This document shows positions 36,339 through 48,510 of a stretch of 64,000 nucleotides of DNA, in pieces. Source of the stretch: Vitrella brassicaformis CCMP3155 (lineage: Eukaryota > Protista > Chromerida); NCBI GenBank assembly GCA_001179505.1, contig CDMY01000436.1:248001-312000 (forward strand), in the 5' to 3' direction. The translations under genes and the position numbers were made by a program. The first letter of the stretch is position 1. Each line of letters begins with the position of its first letter. A model generated the notes under the pieces. The model was given only the letters and a program-made list of their open reading frames with translations, searched no databases and was not told the origin of the DNA.

Positions 36339-38166
36339 GCGCTGCACGCGGCCGAGAAGGGCTTGTCCATCAATATACCCGAGTGGGCCACCCGATTCAC
36401 TCTCAACATGATCGGAGAAGTCGCATTTAAGTTCGTGCCGAGCCAAAGACGGAACATAGTAGGCAGGGAGGCCATTTGCTCTTCCCCATTTTGTTTGTCA
36501 GTTATCCCTTCCATGCCTTTGACGACGAGCGCAACAGTGAAGCCCTCGCCCTGCTGGCAGCCATCCATGAGTACTCGAAGGAAGCCCGGCACTTGTTCGT
36601 CAATCCGCTGAGGTCGGTGCCCGCCAATTGCGCGTATGCAACTTTCGTGTTGGTGTGTGTCCGTGTGTGCATGTGATGCATCGCAGGCATTGGATGTATC
36701 GGTTGAGTGATGTGCGGAGGTATCACGGTGCTATTGGGATGTTCCGGCGTCTGTGTCAGGAGATGTATCGACAATTCTTGGATACGCCGCCAGAGCAACG
36801 AGACGTACGGATGGAACAAACAGAGAGAGGGCGAGAGCCTTCTGCCCTTTCATTGCGTTGGTGTGTCTGTGTTGGTTGAGCAGCCCACGTCGATCATTTT
36901 TCACATTCACAAGGCCCCTTACGCGAGCGATTTCGAGAGAATTGGCGACATCTTCATGCTGTTCTTGGCTGGGTGAGAGAAGGCAACCCCCAGACACACA
37001 TGCACACCAGAGATAAGATGAATGCATCCCACAGCTGAGCTGACTGACATCTGTCCTGGTGTTTTGTGCATCCCAAGTCACGACACGACGGGCTTTACCA
37101 TCTCGTGGGGCGTCTATCATCTGGCCAAGAATCCGCGTGTGCTCAAGAAACTGCAGCAGGTCAGCCAACCCACACGAATGAAGACACGGCCATCCGCCAC
37201 ACCAGACGGCCATCTGTGTCGCGTGCAGGAGCTGGACGGTGCCGATTTTGCGGGCGACTTGCCGACCTACGAGGAGCTGAGTCCGCTGCCGTACTTCAAC
37301 GCCTGCATCAAAGAGATCATGCGAATGTAAACCGAAAACGAATGAGGCACGCCCCTCGGTCATCGATGTGTGCCTTGTCGGTGTCCCTCTGTCCCTCTGG
37401 TCGGTCAGCTCACCAGTGGCTTCCAACGGCAGTATCCGCCAGACCGAGGGCGGCATGAAGGTCACCTCGGGCGGTGTCGACTACTGGCTTCCTGGCGGAT
37501 ACGAGATCTACGCAGCGATCATGCCCGTCCTCACAGACGACAGAATGTACGCGCAATCTAGAAATTTTGACGCACCGTGCTTGCATCCTTCATAGGATGG
37601 GTGTGTGTCAGTTGGGGTGACGGCAACGTGTTTCGTCCCGAGCGGTGGCTTGAGGCCAGCGAGGAGCAACTCAAGCTCTACAACAAGGCCTTTCAACCAT
37701 TCTCTATGGCACCCAGATCATGGTGAGTCCATGAGTAGCGTCACAGCATCACACACGAGGAATGAATGGAAGAAGAGGACCAGTGGGATGTTTGGCTGTC
37801 CTGCTTCTTTTGCTTTACTCAGTATCGGGACCAATCTGGCCATGATCGAGGTCAGCACGACACAAGAGGAAGAGGGAGAGAGATCCGTAAAGGAGGGACC
37901 ATTGTCTGTCTGTACGTGTCTGTGGTTGTCAGGTTCGTCTGACGATGGCTGTCCTGTTTACTCGCTATGAGTTTGAGGTCATCCAAGAGCCCACTCCGGT
38001 CTCTGCCGTCACGTACGTGCCCTATCTACCACAACACGACAGAACAGAAGATACGAAACACGTGACAGCTAGCTCTCTCTTCTGCTGTCTGTCTGTCTGT
38101 CTGTCTGTCTGGTTGCTCAGCTATAAGCCACAAGGCCTGACAGTCCGGTCGATCAAGCGAACATGA
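36339..38166 (+). pseudogene. Cytochrome P450, C-terminal part (E helix to C-terminus), lacking its own N-terminus here
   Basis: ALHAAEKGLSINIPEWATRFTLNMIGEVAF, I-helix MLFLAG/HDTT, ExxR (EIMR), RPERW and heme motif FSMAPRSC/IG with the Cys codon split by an intron. Stop at 38166. Confidence 0.8.
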
Positions 38167-38282
38167 GATGTGCGTGCCATGCCATGCCATGCGTGTACAC
38201 GTCTAGATGTCCATTTTTCTGTACGTGTTGCCTTTATCAAGACCCCCTGTCTGTAGCCGGCAGTTCCTCACTAGAGAGACGG

Positions 38283-38362
38283 CTTGCATTAACCGTAACA
38301 CTCGTCTGTGTGTCCGTGACACTCATACAAATAAATACAGTCCCATGAGCACGCAGAGTCAA
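38283..38362 (-). mobile_element. Short 5'-truncated copy of the LINE 3' tail
   Basis: cttgcattaaccgtaacactcgtctgtgtgtccgtga..atacagtcccatgagcacgcagagtcaa is near-identical to 35417-35492. Confidence 0.8.
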
Positions 38363-38664
38363 CTCGGGTGTGCGTCCGACACTCACGTACTCGCTGGATG
38401 AACACACATCGATATATGGAAGAGTCTGTGCGTACTCGTGCTGCCGCGTCTGTGTACGGCGGAATGGTATTCATGCAATCGTCGCAAGGATCGCCAAACG
38501 AACGCAATCGAAGCTCGCACCGGAAGGCAGAGCAAGGCTCCAACGGTGCATTCTTGCCTATTGCCGTTCCCAAGCCAACGTCGAATTCGCACCGGTGGCG
38601 CACCGCGGATTCTGAAGAGCCACATTTCTTGGAGAAGAAAGACAACACTGCTGACGGGCACACC

Positions 38665-40840
38665 ATGAAGCCATCTGCAGTGCTATCGAGGCTTATTACC
38701 CCTCTACTCTTCCTCTTGGTGCTCGTGGCGGGTGCGGCCAGTGCAGAGGACCCTCCCCCGGCACCTGATAGCCACACGTCGGCCGACACGCAGGACGTGC
38801 CCATCCCTGTTCCCAACCCCGCCAAGGCGCCGCCCATGGTGCTGCCCGGCCCTTCCCCGCGGCTCCGTCGTGACGGTATCAAGGACGGCGTAGCGCAGCC
38901 CTTCAAGGTGCCCTACTTCCCCAAGAGAGTCCACTCGCTGCCCCCGCCAGGCTTCCCTCTGCCGCCGCCATTCCACTCCATCTTCGCCGACCTCTTCAAC
39001 GTGTTCGACAAACTACCGCCTCCGGGCAGCATCCACGGCACACACGGCGGCCCTGCCGCTCCCGATGAGGTCGTGGTCATCTCCATGAACGGCCCCAGAC
39101 CGCCCGGGATGGTGCATAGCGGCCCAGGAGGCGGCGGGCGGAGCCCACTGGATGATCTCTTTGACATGGGGATGGACGACGGGGTGCATTCGTTGATTGG
39201 GGACATACTGCATCATGACCCCGACTTTGTGCCGTTGAAGCACGACCTACCCAAGCTGTTCCCTATAGAGTTTTTGCCGCCCCCGCCGCCGTCAGTGGTG
39301 GGCAATGGCGGGCGAGGGAGGGGCAAGAAGCCCAGTGTGGCGACCAAGGTCACCATGAAGGCCACATACGTGCCATCAGGTTGGCAGGGCGGGAGACGGG
39401 CGGGAAGTGCGCTGACGCTTTTGATGCGTGTGTCGCTCTCTCTCCCTGTGTCTGTCTGTCTGTCTGTTGTGCAGATTTGGACCACGACATTTTTAATTTC
39501 AATGACATCTTCGACAGTGCGCTGCCTTTGGTCCCGCACATCATCAAGAACCTGCAGAGCGCTCCCAAAGACGAGCGGTTCGCATGCGAAGATGACGTAG
39601 CCAAACTACAGTGGTGGGTTGGGGCGATGAGGCAAGACAGAAAAGGAGATACGTGGAACCAACCGGTGTGTGTGTGTGTGTTTGCCATACGCCAGCACGA
39701 CCATCAGCACGTTGTTTTGTCTGGGTCTGCACAAGGATGACGTGTCGCCCAAATGCAGAGACAAAATCCGACATTCAGTGAGCATGTCAACTCAGCACAG
39801 ACAGGGCCGGTCAGGGCTGGTGGGTGGGGTATGTCTTATCCTGCTCTCTGCGCGCGTGGTTGTTACGCTGCCACCCACCCCCATGCAGGTGCCGTTTGCG
39901 TGTGCCCATGAGATCCAGGAGCACTGCACCACCTCATCCCTCTTCACAGACGTAGCCGCATGCCTCAACCACAAAGTAAGTGACCATCCCTCCCCATCCG
40001 CCCCCATCCCCCCAACACACGGCCACTGCCCTCTGTCTGTGTGTGTGTGTGTGTTGGATGGGATGCCATTTATTATCAGGAAGGCTCATTGAGTAAGGAG
40101 TGTATGGTTAGCCTGCAGCACACCCACGAGGCCGTCGGCAAGGTGGGCCAGCTGCCCCACCACCGAAGGCTCGCTGACAAGGTCCAGGAGAAACATCAGC
40201 ACACGGCACACGCACACAAGCAGACCAAGAAGGACCACCGTAGCGCCGGACATGCGGGGGGCAAGGGGCACTCTTGGTGGCGCTGGGTGATCGGCATACT
40301 TGTGGTGGCCATTATCGTGGCAATTGTGGCGAGAATCATCAAGTAGGCCGCTGTGCACATTGGTGTCTCGATCTCTTGTTGCCTCTCTGTCTGTCTGTCA
40401 GTCGCCGTGACAAGGCCCCCTCCTCGCTGTTCCACCTGTTCCCCTCCAAGTATCCCCGCACCCCCTACACAAGCTACCACCGGCCTACCACCGGCGCCGG
40501 CATCCCCATGGCCCCCGCCCCCTCCCACACCACACAGAGCAAGAAACAGACCAAACAGGACGTCCCCCTCACCCAGCAGCCACCCACAAACACCGACGAC
40601 GACACAAACGCCTCCGTGCAGTCCTTCTCCATCTCCACCCCTTCTGCACGGACCACGTCGATCGGCAGCACCTGCCTGAGCGATGACGACAGCCGATACA
40701 GTGCTGCTGGTGCTGCTGGTGCTTTTGGTGACGTGTGTGTGCCGCCGAGGAGCGGGGGCGACGAGTGCGGTCTGGTGGGCAAGTTTGTGGGGCCGCTGAT
40801 GCCGCGGGGGGGCGGCCCTGCAAAGGGCAAAAACGACTGA
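38665..40840 (+). CDS. Type I membrane protein with two Cys-rich GLG1-like repeats
   Basis: Signal peptide MKPSAVLSRLITPLLFLLVLVAGAASA and a Pro-rich region. Repeats FACEDDVAKLQC..LFCLGLHKDDVSPKCRDKI and FACAHEIQEHC..VAACLNHKEGSLSKECMVSL. TM WVIGILVVAIIVAIVARII and a cytosolic tail. Confidence 0.65.
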
Positions 40841-41404
40841 GTAGCTGACGGATAATGGATGGGGTAGATGTGAGTACTCACTCATGTTGGGGTGTGGGGG
40901 GGTGGGTTGGCAGTGAATAGCGAGCATTGGGGGGTGTGGAGGATGCGAGCGGGTGGAGGACGGATTGCATGTCTGTCGTATCTGTCGTGTGCCATGCGAG
41001 CGTGGGAGCACATGTGTGCGCCAGTGCAGTGCGTGGGCAGATCTATTTGACCCCTCGCTGCATCGATGCAGCGATCCATACGTGGCATTCGTTCAGCCAA
41101 TAGTGTGTGTGTGCTGGTCGGTCAAAATATATGTGAAGATCGCTCCCCCCGCCCCATGTAGCAACTCACTCAGCAAGTCAGTCCGTCTATCTGCCATCCA
41201 TCCATCGCACTCGTGTCTGTCTCCCTTACTCGGTGCATTCACTCACGCACGACTATCTATTTATCTTGAATTTGGACGGACGATTTGTAGAAAATAATGA
41301 CACACACAGATACATACGGCATCCATCCCGTCACTCATACGTACGCGGTGTCCATACGGCTCGTCTGTCTGGGACTCCATTGGCAGACCACATTGACCGA
41401 TTGG

Positions 41405-42622
41405 CTAGGCCTCCTCCACACCCGATGCTGCTGCGTCTTGTGGCCCAGCATCGCCTTTCTCTTCAGCTCCATTGGTGTCGGCCGCTGGCTGGCCCTCACC
41501 CGCCCCCTCGGCCGCCTCACCCTCCTCTCGAATCTCACCCACCTGCATGGATGGCACACCGACAGGGCAGACATACAGACAGGCAGACAGACAGTCCATA
41601 TCGCTTGCCTGCTGATGTGTGTGCGTGTGTGGGGGTTGTCTGTGCCCCCCCTCCCGCCCTCCCCTTACCGGCTGAGCATTTTCTGGTGCTTCCTCCTCCT
41701 CTGCAGGGGCCTCCTCGGCCGACTCCACAGCAACTTCCCCCTCGCCCTCGCCCTCAGCAGCTCCGGCCTCCCCAGCCTCGCCGCCGTCATGGTCCTCTTC
41801 CACAGCACCGCCGGCCTCTCCCTCCTCGTCTGCAGCCACAGACGCCTCGCGCTCCTCCTCTCCCACAGCCTCAGCAGCCTCGCCCTCGCCCTCGGCTGAC
41901 GACGCCGCGTCTTCGGCTCCTTCTGGGAGCTGCTGCTGGGGCTGCTCTGCGGGAACCTCGCCCTCCTGTGGCTCGGCCGGTGCGGCTGTGACGGTGGCTG
42001 GCGGCTCGCCCTGGTCCGCGACCTTCTCCTGTTGGAGCTGCTGGTAGTACTCCTGGATGGTGACCTTGTAATTTTGATTGGCGGTGCGCTCGGAGAGGGT
42101 GTATCTGATGGGCACACACACGGACAGCAATTGCTGGGCGGCTGTTAGGTGCGTGTGGTCCATAGATCCGCCAGTGAGTGATGTCTGTGTGTACCGACCT
42201 GTTGTACCAGGCGCCTTTGTAGAATAGCCATCGTGCCAGGTGTGGGCTGCCCTGGAAGGCCGCCACGTGGTGAGATGTCAGCTCGCACTGCACAAAGACA
42301 GGACAGGAAGCCAATACGTTGATTCGTGCGTGTGTATGTGTGTGTGTGTGTGTGTGTGTGGTTACGGGGTCGCATAGGTTGAGGATGCAGCCCTTGCTCA
42401 CGTAGAGCTCAACAATCTGACACACACACACACACACACACACACACCAGAACAGACACTCAGTCACTCCGGTGGCCAGCTGCCACTCTATCTACCCACC
42501 GGCAGTCTCTTGCCCATCACTGCGCGTGTCAGAGGCGTGTACCCAAACTGACGGACCAACACACACACACAAGACAGTGCAGTCAAGGTCACACTGGCAT
42601 CCATCATCCATGCCAACCCCCT

Positions 42623-42656
<34 letters not shown>

Positions 42657-43151
42657 CCTTGTCAGTAGCGTTGAGGTTGGCCCCCCTCTCGAGCAGCAGG
42701 TTGACGATGTTGATGTGGCCGTAGTAGGAGGCCTCGTGGAGGGGCGTCCTGTTCTCAAAGTCGGCCTTGTCCACCGTCGCACCCTTGTCTAGCAGGTACT
42801 TGCAGATGTTCTCGTGACCCTTCCAACTCGCCTGCCATAACGACGTCCGATGGTACTACAACACACACACACACATGTATGGGGGGTGGGTCACCACGTC
42901 GTCTCTCTAAGTTACCGGCGGTTCATCGAAGTCGATTTCTGCCTGTTGTCTGACGAGTGTGTCGCACTCCTTCAGCTGGCCCATCCGGGCGGCCGTCAGC
43001 AGCTTGCGGCTGTTCTCCTGCACACCGCACCACACACACACACACACACGCGCACAAGCAAACACCCCGGTGTCTTGTCTGATGGCTCTGTGTTTTTCGG
43101 CGTGGGCCTGGAGGGGACCTCTTGGCCGCATCGGTGCTGCCTTACCGTCAT
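41405..43151 (-). CDS. Ankyrin-repeat protein with a Glu/Ala-rich tail
   Basis: RTSLWQASWKGHENICKYLLDKGATVDKADFENRTPLHEASYYGHINIVNLLLERGANLNATDK/FGYTPLTRAVMGK.., then a long acidic C-terminus. Confidence 0.88.
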
Positions 43152-43369
43152 GTTTTGGAGGCAGGGCGGTGGTCAAATCGGACGAAACACGTTGGTTGAG
43201 GGCGTCGGTTGGGGCTCGGTCAAAGTCGCTTCAGAACGTCGTTTGCAGAGCTGGATGGCTGTCTTCACTGAGAGTGTGGGAACGTTGGGGTGTGTGTGGG
43301 GAACTTTGTCTGCCCGAGGGGAGCAGTCGGTTTGAGCTCGCGCTGCAAGCTTAGCTCTCGGCGACAAAC

Positions 43370-45000
43370 ATGCTCTTTCTCGCCCTCTCCGTTCCAATCG
43401 TCGCTACCGGGGCATTAGCCTTCCAGATCCCATCATCACCAGCCACCCAATGGCATGGCCCGCCTCCCATCCGCCACTCTCCACGAAGGCACACAGATCC
43501 GCCGACGAGCCTCCGGATGGGCCCTGACATTGTCGGCACAGAGGAGCACTCACGCCGAGCTCTGCTGGAGAGATCCATGTCTGCTGGCCTGGGACTGCTG
43601 GTGCTTGACCAGATGAGGGCGCCTGCTGTTGCTGCTGAGGAGGCGGCTGAGAGTGCTGCAACCGCGACGCCGCCAGCTGCTGTCAAGCCTTCAGCAGCGT
43701 CTGTGTGTGTGCTGGGCGCCGGAGGTGAGAATGAATGCACTGTTGCAACACGACCAATGACTGCAGCCACACACTAGTTGGTTCTGTGTGCCTGTCTGTC
43801 CGTGTGTGTGTCAGGTCGCACCGGTCGGTTGATCGTGGAGCTGCTGGCGCAGGAGGGCAGGGCGGTCCGTGCGGGCACCCGCGGCCCTCCCCCGGCCTCC
43901 TCGTCTGACCTCGTCAGCACATCAGCCATCGATGTCAAGGACCTTCCCAGTGTGCGGCAGGGCGTCCGCGGCTGCTCGGGGGTCATCTTCGCCGCGTCGG
44001 CATCCAAAGCTGGCGGCAAGGCCGCTGCCGTCGACTACCTGGTGGGTCAGCTGACAAGACAGCCCGCCTCACAGCGTGTGTATGGGTGTGTGTTGTCGAC
44101 AGGGCGTTGAGAATGTGGCCAAGGCTTGTCTGGAGGAGGGCGTTGAGCGGTTGGTGCTCTTATCGAGTGGCGCGGTGACGCGGCCCGACTCTGTGGGGTA
44201 CAAGCTTACCAATTTCCTCACACTGGACAAGGGCGACATCATGGGCAACAAGAGGAAGGGCGAGGATGCACTCAGGGCACTCTACAAAAGCAGCGCCAAG
44301 CCCAACCAGAGGTAGGTATGCAGTGGTGAATTAGTCAGCGGCACACACACGCACACCCACTTGACACAGGTCGATTGGTTCCTTCTGTCTGCCAGCTACA
44401 CCATCATCCGCCCTGGCGGTCTCCGCGATGCCGAGCCAGCAGGACCCTCTCAGCTGGAGATCAACCAAGGTCGTGTGCAACACACACACACACACACACG
44501 AAGGCGGAGGTCTCCGTCGGTGTGCAGTGAGTGGTGTCCACGCGCGACATGTGTCTTCGTGCAGGTGATTACTTCTTCTCTGAAATCCCGCGTGCGGACG
44601 TGGCGGCGACAGCGGTGTCTGCGCTGTTCAGCCCCTACACGCGGGGCGTCACCATGGAGGTCTACAAAGCCGAGGGCCGCTTCCCGCTAGAGGTGCGCCG
44701 GTGGAGTGGAGGACACACACGCACACATACAGGGGGCCAAGGGGGACGTGACTGCTGTGCTGTGTTGTGTTGTGTTGTGTGTGTAGGGTGGTTTCCCGCC
44801 CAACTCAGGGTTTGAGCGGCGAGGCAACAGCTTCGATGAACTCTTCTCGGGTACAACTCGACTGACGGAGCCACACCAGGACGCCCACACGCATACCTGG
44901 CTGGCATTGTGAGTGGTCATGGGGTGTGTGTGTGTGTGTGGATGCATCAGGTCTGAAGAGCGACCAGGAGCTGCAAGCTGCCCTCGCACAGAGAACCTGA
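43370..45000 (+). CDS. Atypical SDR / NAD(P)-binding Rossmann protein, plastid-targeted
   Basis: VCVLGAG/GRTGRLIV, VDYL/GVENVAKAC, LVLLSSGAVTRP, KRKGEDALR, YTIIRPGGL, IPRADVA. Signal peptide ending ALA-F followed by a transit-like region. Confidence 0.85.
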
Positions 45001-45435
45001 CGAGACAGATCGCCGGCCTGTCTGCCCGTCTGCCTGCATGTGTGTCTGCATGTCTGTTTGCATGTGTGGGGGCCGAATGGTGACAATGCATCACTGCTGT
45101 GTCCATTCGCAACTCCAGCTCCTGATTGGCCAGTGGAAGGACACCTGGACGGCTCAGCCAGGCCAAAGGCTGAGTCGTCACGGTGTCCAGCGGCTGGTAC
45201 ACATCAGTGCTGCGGTGGTGTGTGGCGCACATGAAATGAAATGTAAGTAAGAGTGCTGTTTGGTTTCTGTACGTCCGCAGAAAGATTGGTTGACGCACCT
45301 TGCTCTCTGAGATGTCCATATCGCCGGCGCATCAGCAGTCGACTGTCGACTGAGTGCTGATGGGCTGACGGGACGGGCGTTTCGGCGAAAGACGGTGTGT
45401 GCCAACCACAACCACGATTGCGCACTCATGGGGGG

Positions 45436-45735
45436 NNNNNNNNNNNNNNNNNNNNNNNNNNNNNNNNNNNNNNNNNNNNNNNNNNNNNNNNNNNNNNNNN
45501 NNNNNNNNNNNNNNNNNNNNNNNNNNNNNNNNNNNNNNNNNNNNNNNNNNNNNNNNNNNNNNNNNNNNNNNNNNNNNNNNNNNNNNNNNNNNNNNNNNNN
45601 NNNNNNNNNNNNNNNNNNNNNNNNNNNNNNNNNNNNNNNNNNNNNNNNNNNNNNNNNNNNNNNNNNNNNNNNNNNNNNNNNNNNNNNNNNNNNNNNNNNN
45701 NNNNNNNNNNNNNNNNNNNNNNNNNNNNNNNNNNN
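45436..45735. other. Assembly gap (300 N)
   Basis: Run of N flanked by G homopolymers. Confidence 1.
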
Positions 45736-46870
45736 GGGGGGGGGGGGGGAATGAATGGGGCGAGTGAGTACATATTTGTACGTACATACGTCCGTGGCTG
45801 TGGCTGTTGGCGGTGGTGGTGCACGAGATGTCTCCCGTAGACCTCGATGATCGACTGATTTTTCCAGGTAAGACAGGGCAGGGCAGTGACTGAGTGGACG
45901 ACGAGTGCATCAAGGGTGTCAGAGAGAGATGAGGCATCCATTGCATGTCAGCAGGTAGCTAGATGGATAGATAGATGGATGGATGAGTGCGGAGTGTGTG
46001 AAGGTTTGGGCGAAGTGGAGATGCGACTTGACCGAGTATTGACAGTGAGCACACGGTCTGTGGAGTGAGTGGATCCGTTCTATCTATCGGGTTTTTTCCG
46101 TGTTCGTTCGTGTCGGGTGGAGCGGGTGCTGGGGATACGAACAGCCGGACAGATTGTTCGTGTGTGGTCACCTTTATGTTGGTTGACAAGCGATGGATGC
46201 TGTCTGTCTGTCATCGCTTCACGTGTCTGTCGATCCGTTTCTGAAATCGATCCACGACCCCTATCACTTCGGTCTATACATGTTGACGTCAGTCATATTC
46301 TCACGTCATTTTCTCACATATGTGACAGACACCATGCTTACAGGCAGCCAGCTGTGGCGGGCGACCATCAAGACGAGGCTGGTCCATCGAGACACGAAGC
46401 GACATTCAGAATCCCTTCGTGTTCAGGTGAAAGGGGCGCGTCGCAATGGACGTCACTTGCTGACATCGATCCATCGGCAGACACCGAGACAGACAGACAG
46501 ACAGACCGGCCCTCCATCCATGGTGCACAAGCGCTATCTCCGTACGAGTGGTGCTGCCGTGTGACGTTGAGGAAAGGCGATCGGCGCTGAACGGTTCCCG
46601 AGTGCTCACGTTAGGAGGAGCACTCGGGCGCCCTTCAACGCGGAGGATCTATACCCAAAATCACTGTCGAGCGGCACACAAGACAGGATGACCAAACCAC
46701 ACACACCCACAGATAAAACCCTCACTCAGCTCTACACACATCTCTCATGCTGCCTCTCTTGGCAGACGCCACATCACTTTCTCTCACCCCACCAGCAGCT
46801 GCCTGTACAATCAACATGACCCCCTGGTCCGATACATCACACGCCATCCATCCATCCATCCATCCGTCAA

Positions 46871-47981
46871 TTAGTAGAAGCGGATGGGTTTCCTGTGTTT
46901 GATGGACTCCTCGAGCGCCCGGATGTACTGCTTCTTCCAGGTGATGCGGCCCGGCAGGTCAGAGTACTTCCGCTCATACCGCCAGTCGGGCGTCAACATG
47001 TACATCGTCGCTGAACACACACACACAAAATGATGTGAGCAGCGGCTGAGTCGTCCCTTAGCGTGTGTGTGTGTATGTGCGCACCTTTGCGCAGTGGCTT
47101 TAGGTCGATGAGTATCTGCTCGTGGTCGGCCCGGTACTTCTGCAGAGTGGTCTTCCACGCAGCCTTCTGCAGCGACTCGGTGTTGCCCAACCTACACATA
47201 TACAAAGAAAGAGAGGGAAAATGACGCTGCTCTCTGTGTGCATGTGCCCGTCGCGTCACAAACATACCGTTCGATTTTGTGTTCGAGCATCTTGATCTGC
47301 TCCTCCAGTTTGAAGCGGCGGGTCTCGAGCGACTCACGCTCCTCCTGACACGTAGGCAGGCAGGCAGGCAACAAAGGCAACAGATGGGCTTCCCATGGCA
47401 TTCGTCTGTCTTGCTGTGTGTCGGTACCTGTTTCTTGAGCATCTCCTTTGCCCGGAGGCACTGCTGGTGGATCTCCCGTCGCGACAGCACAGTGAGGATC
47501 CTCTTCATCGACATCTTCACCTGCACACACACACACACACAGACGAGCCGGTCGGGCTTTTGCCCCCCTTGCCATGTGCCAGGTGTGGTGCTATCTGTCG
47601 GACCTTTTTGAGTCTCCCGTGTCCCTCCATGTTGATGTTGTGTGCCCGTGCGGCGGCCTGCTCGCCCATGAGCAGGTTCTTCTCCTTGAGCAGCACGAAC
47701 CACAGCTTGTGCAGCTCCTCAAACGACTTGAGACGAAGCAAAGCTGCCGGCCATGAATCTCCCGTATCTGGCACAAAGACGACCAACAAACAAAGGCACA
47801 CATGCATTCACCTGTGAAGATCCGCACTTGAAGTAAGCTATTGTGCCTACTGACTGAGGTTTTCTTTGCGCTCCTTGATGGGTGTGTCCGAGTCCCACAT
47901 GCTGCCCCTCCACAGCTCCTCGACGCCCCGTAGAGCGGGGCGGGCCGGGAAAAAGCGCCGCCGAACCAGCGACAAAGACAT
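46871..47981 (-). CDS. MRPL47: Mitochondrial ribosomal protein uL29m (MRPL47)
   Basis: Presequence MSLSLVRRRFFPARPALRGVEELW, then TGDSWPAALLRLKSFEELHKLWFVLLKEKNLL..RLKK/VKMSMKRILTVLSRRE. Confidence 0.88.
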
Positions 47982-48066
47982 ACTCACTCACCGGTTCAAA
48001 GATCAAGATCACTCCTGCTGCAGGCGCTCCTGCCGCATTCAGCCACTTCCTCCGAAATCTGCGAGC

Positions 48067-48366
48067 NNNNNNNNNNNNNNNNNNNNNNNNNNNNNNNNNN
48101 NNNNNNNNNNNNNNNNNNNNNNNNNNNNNNNNNNNNNNNNNNNNNNNNNNNNNNNNNNNNNNNNNNNNNNNNNNNNNNNNNNNNNNNNNNNNNNNNNNNN
48201 NNNNNNNNNNNNNNNNNNNNNNNNNNNNNNNNNNNNNNNNNNNNNNNNNNNNNNNNNNNNNNNNNNNNNNNNNNNNNNNNNNNNNNNNNNNNNNNNNNNN
48301 NNNNNNNNNNNNNNNNNNNNNNNNNNNNNNNNNNNNNNNNNNNNNNNNNNNNNNNNNNNNNNNNNN
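48067..48366. other. Assembly gap (300 N)
   Basis: Run of N. Confidence 1.
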
Positions 48367-48510
48367 CCCCCCGGCGCTTCCTTTTTCTCCCGGAGCCTTC
48401 CCAACTCATCGGTTGTGCGTTTCCATCGACCGGTCTGTGTTTTCTCCTCTCCCTTTGCCCAGGCGCCTTACTTTTTCCTCCCCCTTGGGTCAGTCTTGCA
48501 GCGGCCCGGC

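Noticed and set aside
45040-45330. Possible small plus-strand gene before the third gap
   Set aside because: One plausible donor/acceptor pair, but no recognisable product or codon bias.
46571-46632. Hammerhead ribozyme (GAAA and CUGA near stems)
   Set aside because: The core reads CUGAACG rather than CUGANGA, and the stem order does not fit.
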